This document shows positions 23,828-33,080 of a stretch of 64,000 nt of DNA, in pieces. Below the pieces are notes generated by a model. That model searched no databases. It worked only from the letters and a program-made list of their open reading frames with translations, and was not told where the DNA came from. This stretch comes from Planctomycetota bacterium. Its GTDB lineage: Bacteria > Planctomycetota > B15-G4 > JADJEK01. Positions within the stretch are counted from its first letter, which is position 1; each line of letters opens with the position of its first letter. The position numbers were made by a program, and so were the translations under genes. Where the stretch lies: the NCBI GenBank assembly GCA_044225365.1, contig JBGAIQ010000014.1:64001-128000 (forward strand), in the 5' to 3' direction.

Positions 23828-23903
23828 GACGCATTCTTCCTAGTCATCGGCGTTCCGTCGCGAGCGACGGTCGTCGAGTTGTTCTTATGATCTTGGTTTG
23901 GTT

Positions 23904-24770
23904 TCAGAGAATCGCGGTCGTCGATGCGTTCGTTAGCTTTCCCGGCGGGAAACCGGACGCGAAGATCGAGAGCGATTGGAAGTGCACGACGAGGCCCGAC
24001 AAGATCGGGGCGACCGGCACGAAGATGTCGATGGAATCCACGCCCAGCGGACCAGGGTACGGCGTCGGCGGAATGAGTTGCAGGAACGGCACAGGGCCGA
24101 TCAGCAACGTCCCGTAGGGCTTGGCGAGGATGGAGGTCGTCGACGTCGAAACGAACGTCGTATACATATCCCCGAGTGAGCCGTAGTTCGTGATATTGAG
24201 CGTCCCACCGAGCATCACGGTCGGCGACGTCGTGATCGCCGGCGTGTAGATGAAGCCCGTGGGATCGGTCACGGAACCGAAGCTATTCACCATTTCGACG
24301 GGCCGCTCGCCGACGAGACCCGGAGGGGTCGTGAACGTCGCAAGCGTGTTGGAGAGCACCTGCACGTCCGTCGCCGGTTCGCCGCCTACGAGCACCTGCA
24401 TCGTTGGACCCGATCCGAACTTGTCGAAGTTCAAACCCGAGACGACAACGGGTGTACCTCCCGCGGTTCCACCGAAATTCGGCGTGATGCTGAAGATCAC
24501 GAGGCCCGCCGGAAGATCCGGATCGAAGCTCTCGAGGAACCCAACCCCCGCCATCGAATTCGTAGCGCTGAACGTGCCGCCCGAGACCTCTCCGACGGTC
24601 GAATACGCAATCCCATCGACGGAACACGTCCCGCCTCCGGTCGTTCCGAGACCCAAACCATCGAGTTGATAGTTTGGGCTCTGCGAGACCTGAGCGAGCG
24701 CGCTCGCCGTGATTCCCAAGGTCAATGCGAGCATCTGCAAGCCTCGCCTCGACCGACTCCTCGACTTCAT
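23904..24770 (-). CDS. Secreted IPT/TIG domain protein
   Basis: GAGG RBS; signal peptide ending ALA-Q; ITPNFGGTAGGTPVVVSGLNF...TTPP IPT/TIG motif. Confidence 0.8.
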   Translation of the reverse strand: MKSRSRSRRGLQMLALTLGITASALAQVSQSPNYQLDGLGLGTTGGGTCSVDGIAYSTVGEVSGGTFSATNSMAGVGFLESFDPDLPAGLVIFSITPNFGGTAGGTPVVVSGLNFDKFGSGPTMQVLVGGEPATDVQVLSNTLATFTTPPGLVGERPVEMVNSFGSVTDPTGFIYTPAITTSPTVMLGGTLNITNYGSLGDMYTTFVSTSTTSILAKPYGTLLIGPVPFLQLIPPTPYPGPLGVDSIDIFVPVAPILSGLVVHFQSLSIFASGFPPGKLTNASTTAIL

Positions 24771-25038
24771 GCTGACCTCACTTTCAAGGAAACAAGCTCG
24801 ACGAACGTGGTCTCTCCCGCCGACGGTTTCGTCCGCCGTTGAATCGTTCCCACTCGTCTCGCCATCGCACCCGAAACCCACGACGCCCGCCCGAGTCACG
24901 GCGCGTCGTTCAACGAACTCCTCCGGAATCGCCGAAGGAGGTCCCCTCCGTCGTGCATTCGCGATGCTCGAAAGAGCGATCGTCCGGCACGACGGGATCC
25001 GCTCCTCACGAAACGACCCACGCGGTGTCGCCGACTAC

Positions 25039-25054
25039 AGCAGTTCCCATGCCG
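25039..25054 (-). promoter_or_regulatory. Candidate sigma54 -24/-12 promoter for the IPT/collagen genes
   Basis: Minus strand CGGCATGGGAACTGCT: GG-N10-GC spacing with GGCA and TGCT. Confidence 0.4.
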
Positions 25055-25154
25055 CGCGGCGCGTTGCCCCTCCACCTGCGCCGATTCACGAATACGATCG
25101 TTCTCCGCCGCTCGAATTCGATTTGAAACGCGACTCGGTCAGCGGACCCATCGT

Positions 25155-25181
25155 TGGAAAATCACTTTCCACTTTGGAAAG
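25155..25181. promoter_or_regulatory. Overlapping AT-rich palindromes, candidate transcription-factor (enhancer) sites
   Basis: TGGAAA-ATCAC-TTTCCA-CTT-TGGAAAG in a high-GC background, 100-130 bp upstream of the candidate sigma54 site. Confidence 0.45.
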
Positions 25182-25211
25182 GAACTGAACAACGCGTGTC
25201 CCCAACGCCGT

Positions 25212-25601
25212 TCAACCGCGCTCGATTCGATCTTCTTCACGCGGACCGGACTTCCAGGTCGTTCTTCGCTCGAGATGATGGCGCACGATCTTCTCGCGCA
25301 GTGTCGGACGACTGATACCGAGCAAGGCGGCCGATCGCGCCAGGTGCCCACCGGTCTTCGTCAGAGCTTCGACGATCAACGCGACGTCGAGTTGTTCGAT
25401 GATCCAACGATGCGCATGCATCGGCGCCGAGTCGAGGCTCGTCCTCGCGAGCGCCCGCAGCGTCTGTCGTATGTCGAGATCCTCGGTCCGCGGGGCGCCA
25501 GCTTCCGATTGGAATGAAACGGAGTGCCCGAGCGCGGACATCATTCTCTCGAGTTCCAAGGTCGTTTCTTCGTCGCCGTCGACGATGACGATTCGAGCCA
25601 A
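25212..25601 (-). CDS. Small Fis-type HTH protein with a partial receiver N-terminus
   Basis: AGGAGG RBS and TTG start; RIVIVDGDE...LG receiver beta1-alpha1; LIVEAL..TGG....AALLGISR.TLR.K HTH_8. Confidence 0.75.
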   Translation of the reverse strand: MARIVIVDGDEETTLELERMMSALGHSVSFQSEAGAPRTEDLDIRQTLRALARTSLDSAPMHAHRWIIEQLDVALIVEALTKTGGHLARSAALLGISRPTLREKIVRHHLERRTTWKSGPREEDRIERG

Positions 25602-25721
25602 TCTCCCTCCTTGAAGTGCGTGGGGCGCGGCGGGTGTAGCGCGGCTACATGTACCGACGCGCGCGACCGACGAATGAAGAGCAATCGTCGGGCCACGACC
25701 ACTCTTCGTGGCGACGAGCGC

Positions 25722-27578
25722 TCAGGCCGGAGCGGTCGGAGTGATCGAATCGAGAACCGCCCGCACTTTCGAAGTCATTCCGCGCGGCGTGACCGGCTTT
25801 TGTAAGAAGAACTCGCTGGAATGCAGGATGCCGTGACGAAGGATGGCGTCGTCGGTATAGCCCGACATGAAGAGTACTTTGGCGTGGGGCTGAGCGTCAC
25901 GCACCCTTGCGGCGAGCTCTCGACCGTTCATCTTCGGCATCACGACATCGGTGAGCAGGAGATCGATCGGGATCGACGAGTCGGAGCAGAGTCGAAGCGC
26001 CTCCGTCGGATCCCGCGCTTCGATGACTCGATACCCCGCGCGGCTCAAGATCGATTTCGATACTCCTCGCAAGCTCTCGTCGTCGTCCACCAATAGAATC
26101 GTCTCGCTCCCGGATGCCAGGCTGGGCGCCCCGACGGGAGCGGGCTCCGCGGTGCGGCCTTCACCGCGCGGCAGGTAGATCTTGAAGGTGGTGCCAACTC
26201 CCACTTCGCTATAGAGCCAGATCGCTCCCCCGCTTTGAGCGACGATGCCGAAGACCGTCGACAGGCCGAGTCCTGTGCCCTTTCCCTTGTCCTTCGTCGT
26301 GAAGAACGGCTCGTAGATCCGCGCCTGCGTGGCTTTGTCCATGCCACCGCCCGTATCGCTCACGACCAACACGGAATAGTCGCCGGGGACCATTTTCACG
26401 TGATCGATCGTGTACTCCTCGTCGAGGTGCGCCGTCGAAGTCGAAATCGTGAGCGTGCCACCGTTCGGCATCGCATCGCGCGCATTCACCACGAGGTTCA
26501 AGATCACTTGCTCGACCTGACTCCGATCGACCAGCACGCGCCACGATGTCGGATCGAGACGGAAATTCAATTCGACGTCTTCGCCGACGATCCGCTCGAG
26601 GATCTTCCGCAAGTTGGTGATGACGTCGTTGAGATCGAGGACGCTCGGTGCGAGCACTTGCTGGCGACTGAAAGCGAGGAGTTGGCGCGTGAGGTCTGCG
26701 GCACGGGTTGCGGCCTTCAACACCTCTTCGAGGGCGCCCCGATGACGATCGGCTGCGGGCAGGTCGTCGAGCACCAGATCGGCGTAGCTCATGATGACGG
26801 AGAGGATGTTGTTGAAGTCGTGAGCGATTCCTCCCGCGAGGCGCCCGATCGACTCCATCTTCTGCGCCTGACGGAATTGCTGCTCGGTTCGCTCGAGTTT
26901 CTCGACGGTCCGTTGACGGGCCTGGATCTCGCTCTCGAGTTGCTTCCTAGCGACGTCCGCGGCCTCGGAACGTTCCTGCAGCTTCGACTCGAGCTCGGTC
27001 TTCAGCTCCTGCAGTTCTCGATTCGCGTCCTGGACCTCCCTGGCTCGTTGCAACACGTCGACCGCCATGTGTCGGGTCGCCGCCGACTGGCCCTCGTCCG
27101 ATGCGCCGCGTTCGAGGAGGCGAATGTACTCCGTGACGTCTTCGACTCGGTGGATGATGAAATCAACCGCGCCCCTCTCGTCGAGCATGGGGCAATTGAT
27201 CGGGCTCCAGTATCGCTCCTCGAAACCTCCGCCCTCTGTTTCCGCCCGCTCGATGTCGTACTTCTGAACCGCCATCGTGTCCGGGCGACCCGTCGCGAGA
27301 ACCCGCTCGAGAGAAGCACGAAGCGTGGCGACGCCCGTCGCGTGAGCGTCTTCGGGATTGTCGGGAAACGCGTCGAAGATCTCGCGGCCCAGGAGATCGG
27401 CGCGGGTCCGCATCGTCGCGTCGAGGTAGGCATCCGTCACCGCCACGATCTCGAATCGTCGATTCAAGACCAGGAAGCAACCCGGCGCCGACTCGAAGAG
27501 TCGCCGATAATCCACGCCAGGGCTCTGCGGATCGGAAAGCAAATCGGAACCTACTTCTCTCGCCGGACTCGGACGCAA
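25722..27578 (-). CDS. PAS-domain hybrid sensor histidine kinase/response regulator (CckA-like architecture)
   Basis: PAS_4, QAQKMESIGRLAGGIAHDFNN, NLVVNARDAM, FFTTK..GKGTGLGL, receiver LLLTDVVMP; start uncertain. Confidence 0.92.
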   Translation of the reverse strand: MRPSPAREVGSDLLSDPQSPGVDYRRLFESAPGCFLVLNRRFEIVAVTDAYLDATMRTRADLLGREIFDAFPDNPEDAHATGVATLRASLERVLATGRPDTMAVQKYDIERAETEGGGFEERYWSPINCPMLDERGAVDFIIHRVEDVTEYIRLLERGASDEGQSAATRHMAVDVLQRAREVQDANRELQELKTELESKLQERSEAADVARKQLESEIQARQRTVEKLERTEQQFRQAQKMESIGRLAGGIAHDFNNILSVIMSYADLVLDDLPAADRHRGALEEVLKAATRAADLTRQLLAFSRQQVLAPSVLDLNDVITNLRKILERIVGEDVELNFRLDPTSWRVLVDRSQVEQVILNLVVNARDAMPNGGTLTISTSTAHLDEEYTIDHVKMVPGDYSVLVVSDTGGGMDKATQARIYEPFFTTKDKGKGTGLGLSTVFGIVAQSGGAIWLYSEVGVGTTFKIYLPRGEGRTAEPAPVGAPSLASGSETILLVDDDESLRGVSKSILSRAGYRVIEARDPTEALRLCSDSSIPIDLLLTDVVMPKMNGRELAARVRDAQPHAKVLFMSGYTDDAILRHGILHSSEFFLQKPVTPRGMTSKVRAVLDSITPTAPA

Positions 27579-27675
27579 CCGAAACCGTGCGTCGCAGGGA
27601 TCTCTCCGCCGCGCCGCACGGTCATTATGGGATTCGATCCCTGCCGTTTCGAGAGTCGTCCGAACTTTCGAGCGA

Positions 27676-30600
27676 TTAACGTCGATCCGTCGGGTAGAGC
27701 ACGACCTTCATCGTCTCGTTCCTGCGGAAGCGGGCCATCGCGTCGGGGAATTCATCGAGGCTCGCCTCGTGCGTTACGAGGTGCGAGACGTCCAGGCCGG
27801 CGCGGAGCAGCCCGAGCATCTGGAACCACGTGTCGTACATCCGGCGCCCGATGATGCCCTTGATGTTCTTGCCTTTGAAAACGACCTCGCCGTTCCAATC
27901 GTGGAGCGTGAGCGCCTTCTCCTTGCCGATACCGAGTTCGACGAGATCGCCGCCCCAGCGCGTCATCTCGAGCGCGTCGTTGATCGCGTCGGGATGACCC
28001 GAGATCTCGAGTGCCGCGTCGACGCCCTTCCCATCCGTCCTCCGCTTGATCTCCGTCATCGCGAGCTTGCGCTTCTCGAGGCTTCCGGTATCGAGCACCA
28101 CGACGCGCTCGAGTCCCCGCGGGTGCTTGGCATTGATCCCTGCGGCCCACTTCTTGGCGTGCGCAACGTTGAAGGGATGCACCTCGGTCACGAAGACCTG
28201 TGCAGCGCCCATGAACTCGACGACGGCCGCGGCCATCGCACCGATCGGGCCGTACCCGATCACCGCGATGTCACGGCCCGAGACGCTCGTCGCCTGCGCG
28301 CAGTGCATCGCGTTGCCGAGCGCATCGAGGAATGCACCGACCTTGAGCGGCACCGCCGCGCGATCGAGCTTGATGACGTTCGTCGCCGGAACGACGACGT
28401 AATCCGCAAAGCTGCCGTCCTGATGCAGGCCGCAGATGACGGTACGCTCGCAGGCGTGACCATTGCCGGTCTGGCAAGGGACACAACGCCCGCAGACGAC
28501 GTGCATCTCGGCCGTGACGTAGTCGTCGATCGCAAAGCCGAACCCCTCGGCACCCGGGCCGAAAGCGTCGATCTCGCCGCAGAACTCGTGGCCGAGCGTG
28601 CGCGGCGGTTTCGCCTTCTCGATCACCGTCGCATCGCCGGCGCAGAGATGTTTGTCGGTGCCGCAGATGCCGGCCGCGAGGACCTTGATCCGGACCTGGC
28701 CGGGCCCCGGCTCCGGAATCGGCACGTCGCGCAGGAGCTTCGCCTCACCGACGCCCATGAGCCGAACGGCACGCATCACGCCGCCCGAGACACTCGGTCG
28801 CGGTGCCGCGGGAGTCGCGGCGCCGTCGGCCGAGGGCTGAGTGATCGGCTCGAGGACACTCGTGAGCGAACGGCTCGCGACTTCGCGCTTCAACGCGTTG
28901 ATCACGCTGTCGACGCCCATCGTGCCGATGTTGACGCCGTCGCGTCGGCGAACGTTGACCTGCCCGTTCTCGGCTTCCTTGTCGCCGACGACGAGCACGT
29001 AGTTGACCTTCTTCATCGAGGCATCGCGCACCTTGGAGCCGAGCTTGCCGCCGCCCATGTCGACGCTCGCGCGGATGCCCGCCGCCTTCAGTTTGGAGAG
29101 CGCGATCTGACAGGCAGCCTCGTGACGATCGGTCGCAACGGGGACGATGCGCACCTGTTCGGGCGCGAGCCAGAGCGGGAACGCGCCGCCGAAGTGCTCG
29201 ATGAGGATCGCGAACATGCGCTCCATCGAACCCAGGATCGCGCGATGCACCACCACCGGACGAGTCCGGCCGCCTTGCGCGTCGGCGAAGTAGAGATCGA
29301 ATTTCTCGGGGAGGGAGAAGTCGACCTGGATCGTCGCGAGCTGCCATTCGCGCTTCAGCGAATCGAGGACCTTGAAGTCGATCTTCGGGCCGTAGAACGC
29401 GCCATCACCGGGGGCGACCTCGTAGGCCGCGCCGAGTCGTTTCAACGACGTTGCGATCGCGGCTTCGGCGTTGTCCCACATCGCTTCGCTGCCGGTTCGC
29501 GATTCCGGACGCGTCGCGAAGAACAGCTTCACGTCCTCGAATCCGAAGACTCCATATACCTCGCGCACGAATGCCACGAGCGCTTCGATCTCGTCCTGGA
29601 GTTGTTCCGGGGCGCAGTAGATGTGCGCGTCGTCCTGCGTGAACGATCGCACGCGCGTGAGGCCACTCATCACGCCGGCCTTCTCGAAGCGATGGCAGAG
29701 CCCAAACTCCGCGAGACGCAGCGGTAGATCGCGATACGAGCGGATGTCCTGCTTGAACACGAAGGCCGAGCCGGGGCAATTCATCGGCTTCATGCCGATC
29801 CGTGGCTCGTCGAGCACTTCCTTCGGGTCGCCGTCATGGTGCACGAAGAACATGTTCTCGCGGTAATGCGTCATGTGGCCCGTCGTGCGCCAGACGCTCG
29901 TGTCGAGGACGACCGGGGTCTTCACCTCGACGTAGCCCTTCGCCTTCAGCTTCTCGCGCATCATCTCTTCGATGGCGTTGCGGCACACCATGCCGTTCGG
30001 CAGCCAGATCGGATGCCCGGGGGCTTCGGGGATGATGTGGAACAGAGCGAGGTCCTTGCCGAGCAGGCGATGATCGCGCTTCTTCGCTTCTTCGCGATTC
30101 TTCAGAAACTCATCGAGTTCCTCCTTCTTGAAGAACGCGGTCGCGTAGATGCGCTGCAACGACTCGCGCTTCTCGTTTCCCCGCCAGTACGCGGCGGCGA
30201 CCGAGAGCACCTTGAACGCCTTGCCGACCTTGCCAGTCGAGGGAAGGTGCGGACCGCGACAGAGGTCGGTGAATTCGCCCTGCGAGTAGAAGGAAATCGG
30301 TGCGTCGTCGGGCAATTCGTTGACGAGTTCCTTCTTCAGCTTCGCTCGACCCGCGCCATCGAGTCGCGCGCAGGCGTCGGCCTTGCTGTCGGCGATGAAG
30401 CGCGAGAGTTGCAGGTCCTCGTCGACGATCTTCTTCATCTCCGCTTCGACTTCATCGAGGAACTCGGGAGTGAAGGCTTTGTCGACCTCGAAGTCGTAGT
30501 AGAAGCCGTCGTCGATCACGGGGCCGATCGCGAACTCCACCTTGTCGCGGCCGAGCTTGCGCGCAACTGCCTGAGCGAGGACGTGCGCCGCGGTGTGGCG

Positions 30601-30819
30601 GAGGACCTCTAGGCCTTCCTTGGTGCCCGGATTCACGATCGCGAGCGCGCCGCCGGAATAGAGCGGAGTGTGAAGGTCGAAGATGCGGCCATCGACCGTG
30701 ACCGCGAGCGTCTTCTTCGCGTCGGGGATCTTGGACAACAGCTCTTTGATCGTTCGGCCCGCCGCCAGGGTGAGCTTCGATCCGTCGGCCAGGGTGAAGG
30801 TCAGCTCGCTTCCGCTCAT
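27676..30819 (-). CDS. thrS: Threonyl-tRNA synthetase fused to L-threonine 3-dehydrogenase (ThrRS-Tdh)
   Basis: Residues ~1-650: TGS, RHTAAH, DLCRGPH, LQRIY, RDHR, KPMNCP, SYRDLPLR, RVRSFTQDDAH, GAFYGPKID, HRAILGS.ER, WLAPEQV, anticodon domain. Residues 682-1047: GICGTD, GHEF, C.RC..C...H.C, D.LGNA, GYGPIG, GI.GR.M..TW. Confidence 0.93.
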   Translation of the reverse strand: MSGSELTFTLADGSKLTLAAGRTIKELLSKIPDAKKTLAVTVDGRIFDLHTPLYSGGALAIVNPGTKEGLEVLRHTAAHVLAQAVARKLGRDKVEFAIGPVIDDGFYYDFEVDKAFTPEFLDEVEAEMKKIVDEDLQLSRFIADSKADACARLDGAGRAKLKKELVNELPDDAPISFYSQGEFTDLCRGPHLPSTGKVGKAFKVLSVAAAYWRGNEKRESLQRIYATAFFKKEELDEFLKNREEAKKRDHRLLGKDLALFHIIPEAPGHPIWLPNGMVCRNAIEEMMREKLKAKGYVEVKTPVVLDTSVWRTTGHMTHYRENMFFVHHDGDPKEVLDEPRIGMKPMNCPGSAFVFKQDIRSYRDLPLRLAEFGLCHRFEKAGVMSGLTRVRSFTQDDAHIYCAPEQLQDEIEALVAFVREVYGVFGFEDVKLFFATRPESRTGSEAMWDNAEAAIATSLKRLGAAYEVAPGDGAFYGPKIDFKVLDSLKREWQLATIQVDFSLPEKFDLYFADAQGGRTRPVVVHRAILGSMERMFAILIEHFGGAFPLWLAPEQVRIVPVATDRHEAACQIALSKLKAAGIRASVDMGGGKLGSKVRDASMKKVNYVLVVGDKEAENGQVNVRRRDGVNIGTMGVDSVINALKREVASRSLTSVLEPITQPSADGAATPAAPRPSVSGGVMRAVRLMGVGEAKLLRDVPIPEPGPGQVRIKVLAAGICGTDKHLCAGDATVIEKAKPPRTLGHEFCGEIDAFGPGAEGFGFAIDDYVTAEMHVVCGRCVPCQTGNGHACERTVICGLHQDGSFADYVVVPATNVIKLDRAAVPLKVGAFLDALGNAMHCAQATSVSGRDIAVIGYGPIGAMAAAVVEFMGAAQVFVTEVHPFNVAHAKKWAAGINAKHPRGLERVVVLDTGSLEKRKLAMTEIKRRTDGKGVDAALEISGHPDAINDALEMTRWGGDLVELGIGKEKALTLHDWNGEVVFKGKNIKGIIGRRMYDTWFQMLGLLRAGLDVSHLVTHEASLDEFPDAMARFRRNETMKVVLYPTDRR

Positions 30820-31029
30820 CGATCAGGTCTCCGGTGTCTCGCGCCCGCCCGAACTCTCGGGCCTGGCCGAATCGGAACAGGATATCGGGTCGCTGCCGCA
30901 GGACATAGGGCATGGGTGCCCGTCGCTCCGACATCGTGAATTGCGGGCGATTCCGAGGATTCCGCGGGACACCCGGGATGACACCTGGATCTGTACTGCG
31001 CACCTCGTTCCTCGAACCGGATCCTCGTC

Positions 31030-32334
31030 ATGCGCCCTTCGATCCTCACCGCCCTGTTCTCTGCGTTCTTCCTCACCACGAATGGGTTTGCGACCATCGA
31101 AGCGATCGATGTGAAGCCCGGGAAGCCGTTCGTCGACCCGCCCGGGAAGCCGCAGCCGAACGCCGGCTGCGGCAGCATCTCGGCATCCAAGAATGGTCGC
31201 TACGTCGCGTTCTTGTCGGGTGCGACGAACCTCGTGAAGGGACTGCATCCGAACAAGACGCAGGCCTACCGCACCGATCGAGTGACGAACACGACGATCT
31301 GCATCTCGCTCGCGAAGAACCACGCACCGGCGAATGACGACGTGCTCGATGTCTCTCTCTCGGGCAACGGGCGCTACGCTGTGATCGTGACGCGTGCGTC
31401 GAACCTCGGGACGCCGTTCAACGGATTCGTCCAGGCGATCTTCGAGGACCTGAAGACCGGAAAGCGCCTCACCGCATCGCTCGCGGCATTCCAGCCGTAT
31501 TTGAATCTCGACTGTGATCGGGCGTTCATCAGCGGCGATGGCTCGACGGTGGTCTTCGAGACGGCGGCCTCGAACGTCCTTGCGGTCGGCAACAACGGGA
31601 AGAAACAACTCTACGCCTGGGATCGCTTCTCGAACGATGTCGATGCGTTGTCCTTCAGCCCCCAGGGTCAACCCGGCAACGCGGACACCCATGGATCGAG
31701 CGGTGTCGGAATCTCGAAGGACGGCAAGTTCGTGACCTTTGCCTCCGACGCGACGAACCTAGTGTCCGCGAACCCCGGCAACCCGTCGTACCTCGACGTC
31801 TTCGTGCGCGACCGCGCGGTCGGAACGACGGAGCTCATTTCGAGGAACTTCTCCGGAGGCGCCGCCAACAAGGCGAGCACCCATCCGTCGATCTCCGAAG
31901 ACGGTCGGTACGTCGGCTACGTCTCGACGGCGAGCAACATCACCACGGACGACAACGATGGCAATGACTACGACTGCTTCTTCTACGATCGCCAGTTGAA
32001 TCTGAGCTCGCGCATCGATGGGTACAACGATGGCGATGCCTTGATGACTTTGCTCTCGACGACCATTTCGGCAGATGGACGGTATCTCTTCGCGCTCGGA
32101 ACGAAGATGCATCCGACCGATTCGAATCTCCATATCCAGAATGCGCGCCGCTACGACCGGCTGACGGGCGAGACGGTGGTGTACCAAGTCGCGGCTCCGC
32201 TGTTCGTTCAGCAGTACGACTGGTTCTATGAGATCGCGATCTCGGGCAACGCCAAGAAGCTCTTCTTCGTATCGGCGAGTCCGATCCTGCCGAAGGCCTC
32301 GGACACCTATCAGATCTACGCAACGAAGCTGTGA
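31030..32334 (+). CDS. Secreted TolB/PD40-like beta-propeller protein
   Basis: Signal peptide; repeated IS.DGR(Y/F)V.F.S.A.NL and DVFVRDR motifs. Confidence 0.82.
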   Translation: MRPSILTALFSAFFLTTNGFATIEAIDVKPGKPFVDPPGKPQPNAGCGSISASKNGRYVAFLSGATNLVKGLHPNKTQAYRTDRVTNTTICISLAKNHAPANDDVLDVSLSGNGRYAVIVTRASNLGTPFNGFVQAIFEDLKTGKRLTASLAAFQPYLNLDCDRAFISGDGSTVVFETAASNVLAVGNNGKKQLYAWDRFSNDVDALSFSPQGQPGNADTHGSSGVGISKDGKFVTFASDATNLVSANPGNPSYLDVFVRDRAVGTTELISRNFSGGAANKASTHPSISEDGRYVGYVSTASNITTDDNDGNDYDCFFYDRQLNLSSRIDGYNDGDALMTLLSTTISADGRYLFALGTKMHPTDSNLHIQNARRYDRLTGETVVYQVAAPLFVQQYDWFYEIAISGNAKKLFFVSASPILPKASDTYQIYATKL

Positions 32335-32401
32335 GCGGTCGCCGCTTCGACATCGATCGGTAGAGTGCTTTCGCCTTCGATTCGATGGACCGGACCCGCG
32401 A

Positions 32402-33079
32402 ATGCCACTACCTCTCGACACGATCCTGTCCCGACTGGCTGACCGCTACGGCAAGATCCCGGAGCCGCCGCCGAAGACCGCATTCGAGTCGATCCTCCAC
32501 GAATGCGCTTGCTACTTGGTGGACGACGAGCGACGGGATGCGGTCTTCGAAGAGCTGAAACGGCGCGTCGGCTGCTCGCCTCGCGAGCTGCTGCGGGCCG
32601 ATCGAGGTGAACTCCTCGCGATCCTGGAGCCCGGCGGCATGCGCCCGCCGATGCGACTGGAGAAGGTGATCGACGCAGCAACGATCTGCATCGAAACGCA
32701 TGGGGGCGATCTCGATTCGGTACTCGGATTGCCCGTGAAGGCCGCCGTCAAGGAACTGCGCCGCTATCCCGGCATTGGCATCCCGAGCGCACAGCGAATC
32801 CTGCTGTTCCACGCCAAGGTACCCTCGCTCGCTCTCGAGTCGAACGGCCTACGAGTTCTGTTGCGATTGGGACACGGCCGCGAGGATCCGCGTTACGACG
32901 TGGCCTACAAGTCGGTTCAGACCTCTCTGGCGGCCGAGGTCGGCACCGACTGCAAGCGCCTGACCCGCGCCCATCTATTGTTGCGCCATCACGGGAAGGT
33001 TACCTGCAAGCGCAGCGAACCGTGCTGCGACGAGTGCCCGCTCGCGAAGGATTGCCCATCGCGAGCAACTTCGCGTTGA
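32402..33079 (+). CDS. HhH-GPD (endonuclease III-like) DNA glycosylase family protein with 4Fe-4S motif
   Basis: L..YPGIG HhH; C.......C..CPL...C C-terminal cluster motif. Confidence 0.8.
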   Translation: MPLPLDTILSRLADRYGKIPEPPPKTAFESILHECACYLVDDERRDAVFEELKRRVGCSPRELLRADRGELLAILEPGGMRPPMRLEKVIDAATICIETHGGDLDSVLGLPVKAAVKELRRYPGIGIPSAQRILLFHAKVPSLALESNGLRVLLRLGHGREDPRYDVAYKSVQTSLAAEVGTDCKRLTRAHLLLRHHGKVTCKRSEPCCDECPLAKDCPSRATSR

Positions 33080-33080
33080 C

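Noticed and set aside
22107-23890. Cys-rich GPCGPC and Arg-rich ORFs overlapping the collagen gene
   Set aside because: Antisense and shifted-frame shadows of the Gly-Pro-Gln repeat.
21893-24770. Prophage remnant
   Set aside because: Both genes have Sec signal peptides, and no integrase, capsid, terminase or att site is visible.
30820-31029. T-box or tRNA-mimic operator upstream of thrS
   Set aside because: No T-box consensus or convincing anticodon-like hairpin is recognisable by eye; a covariance search would be needed.
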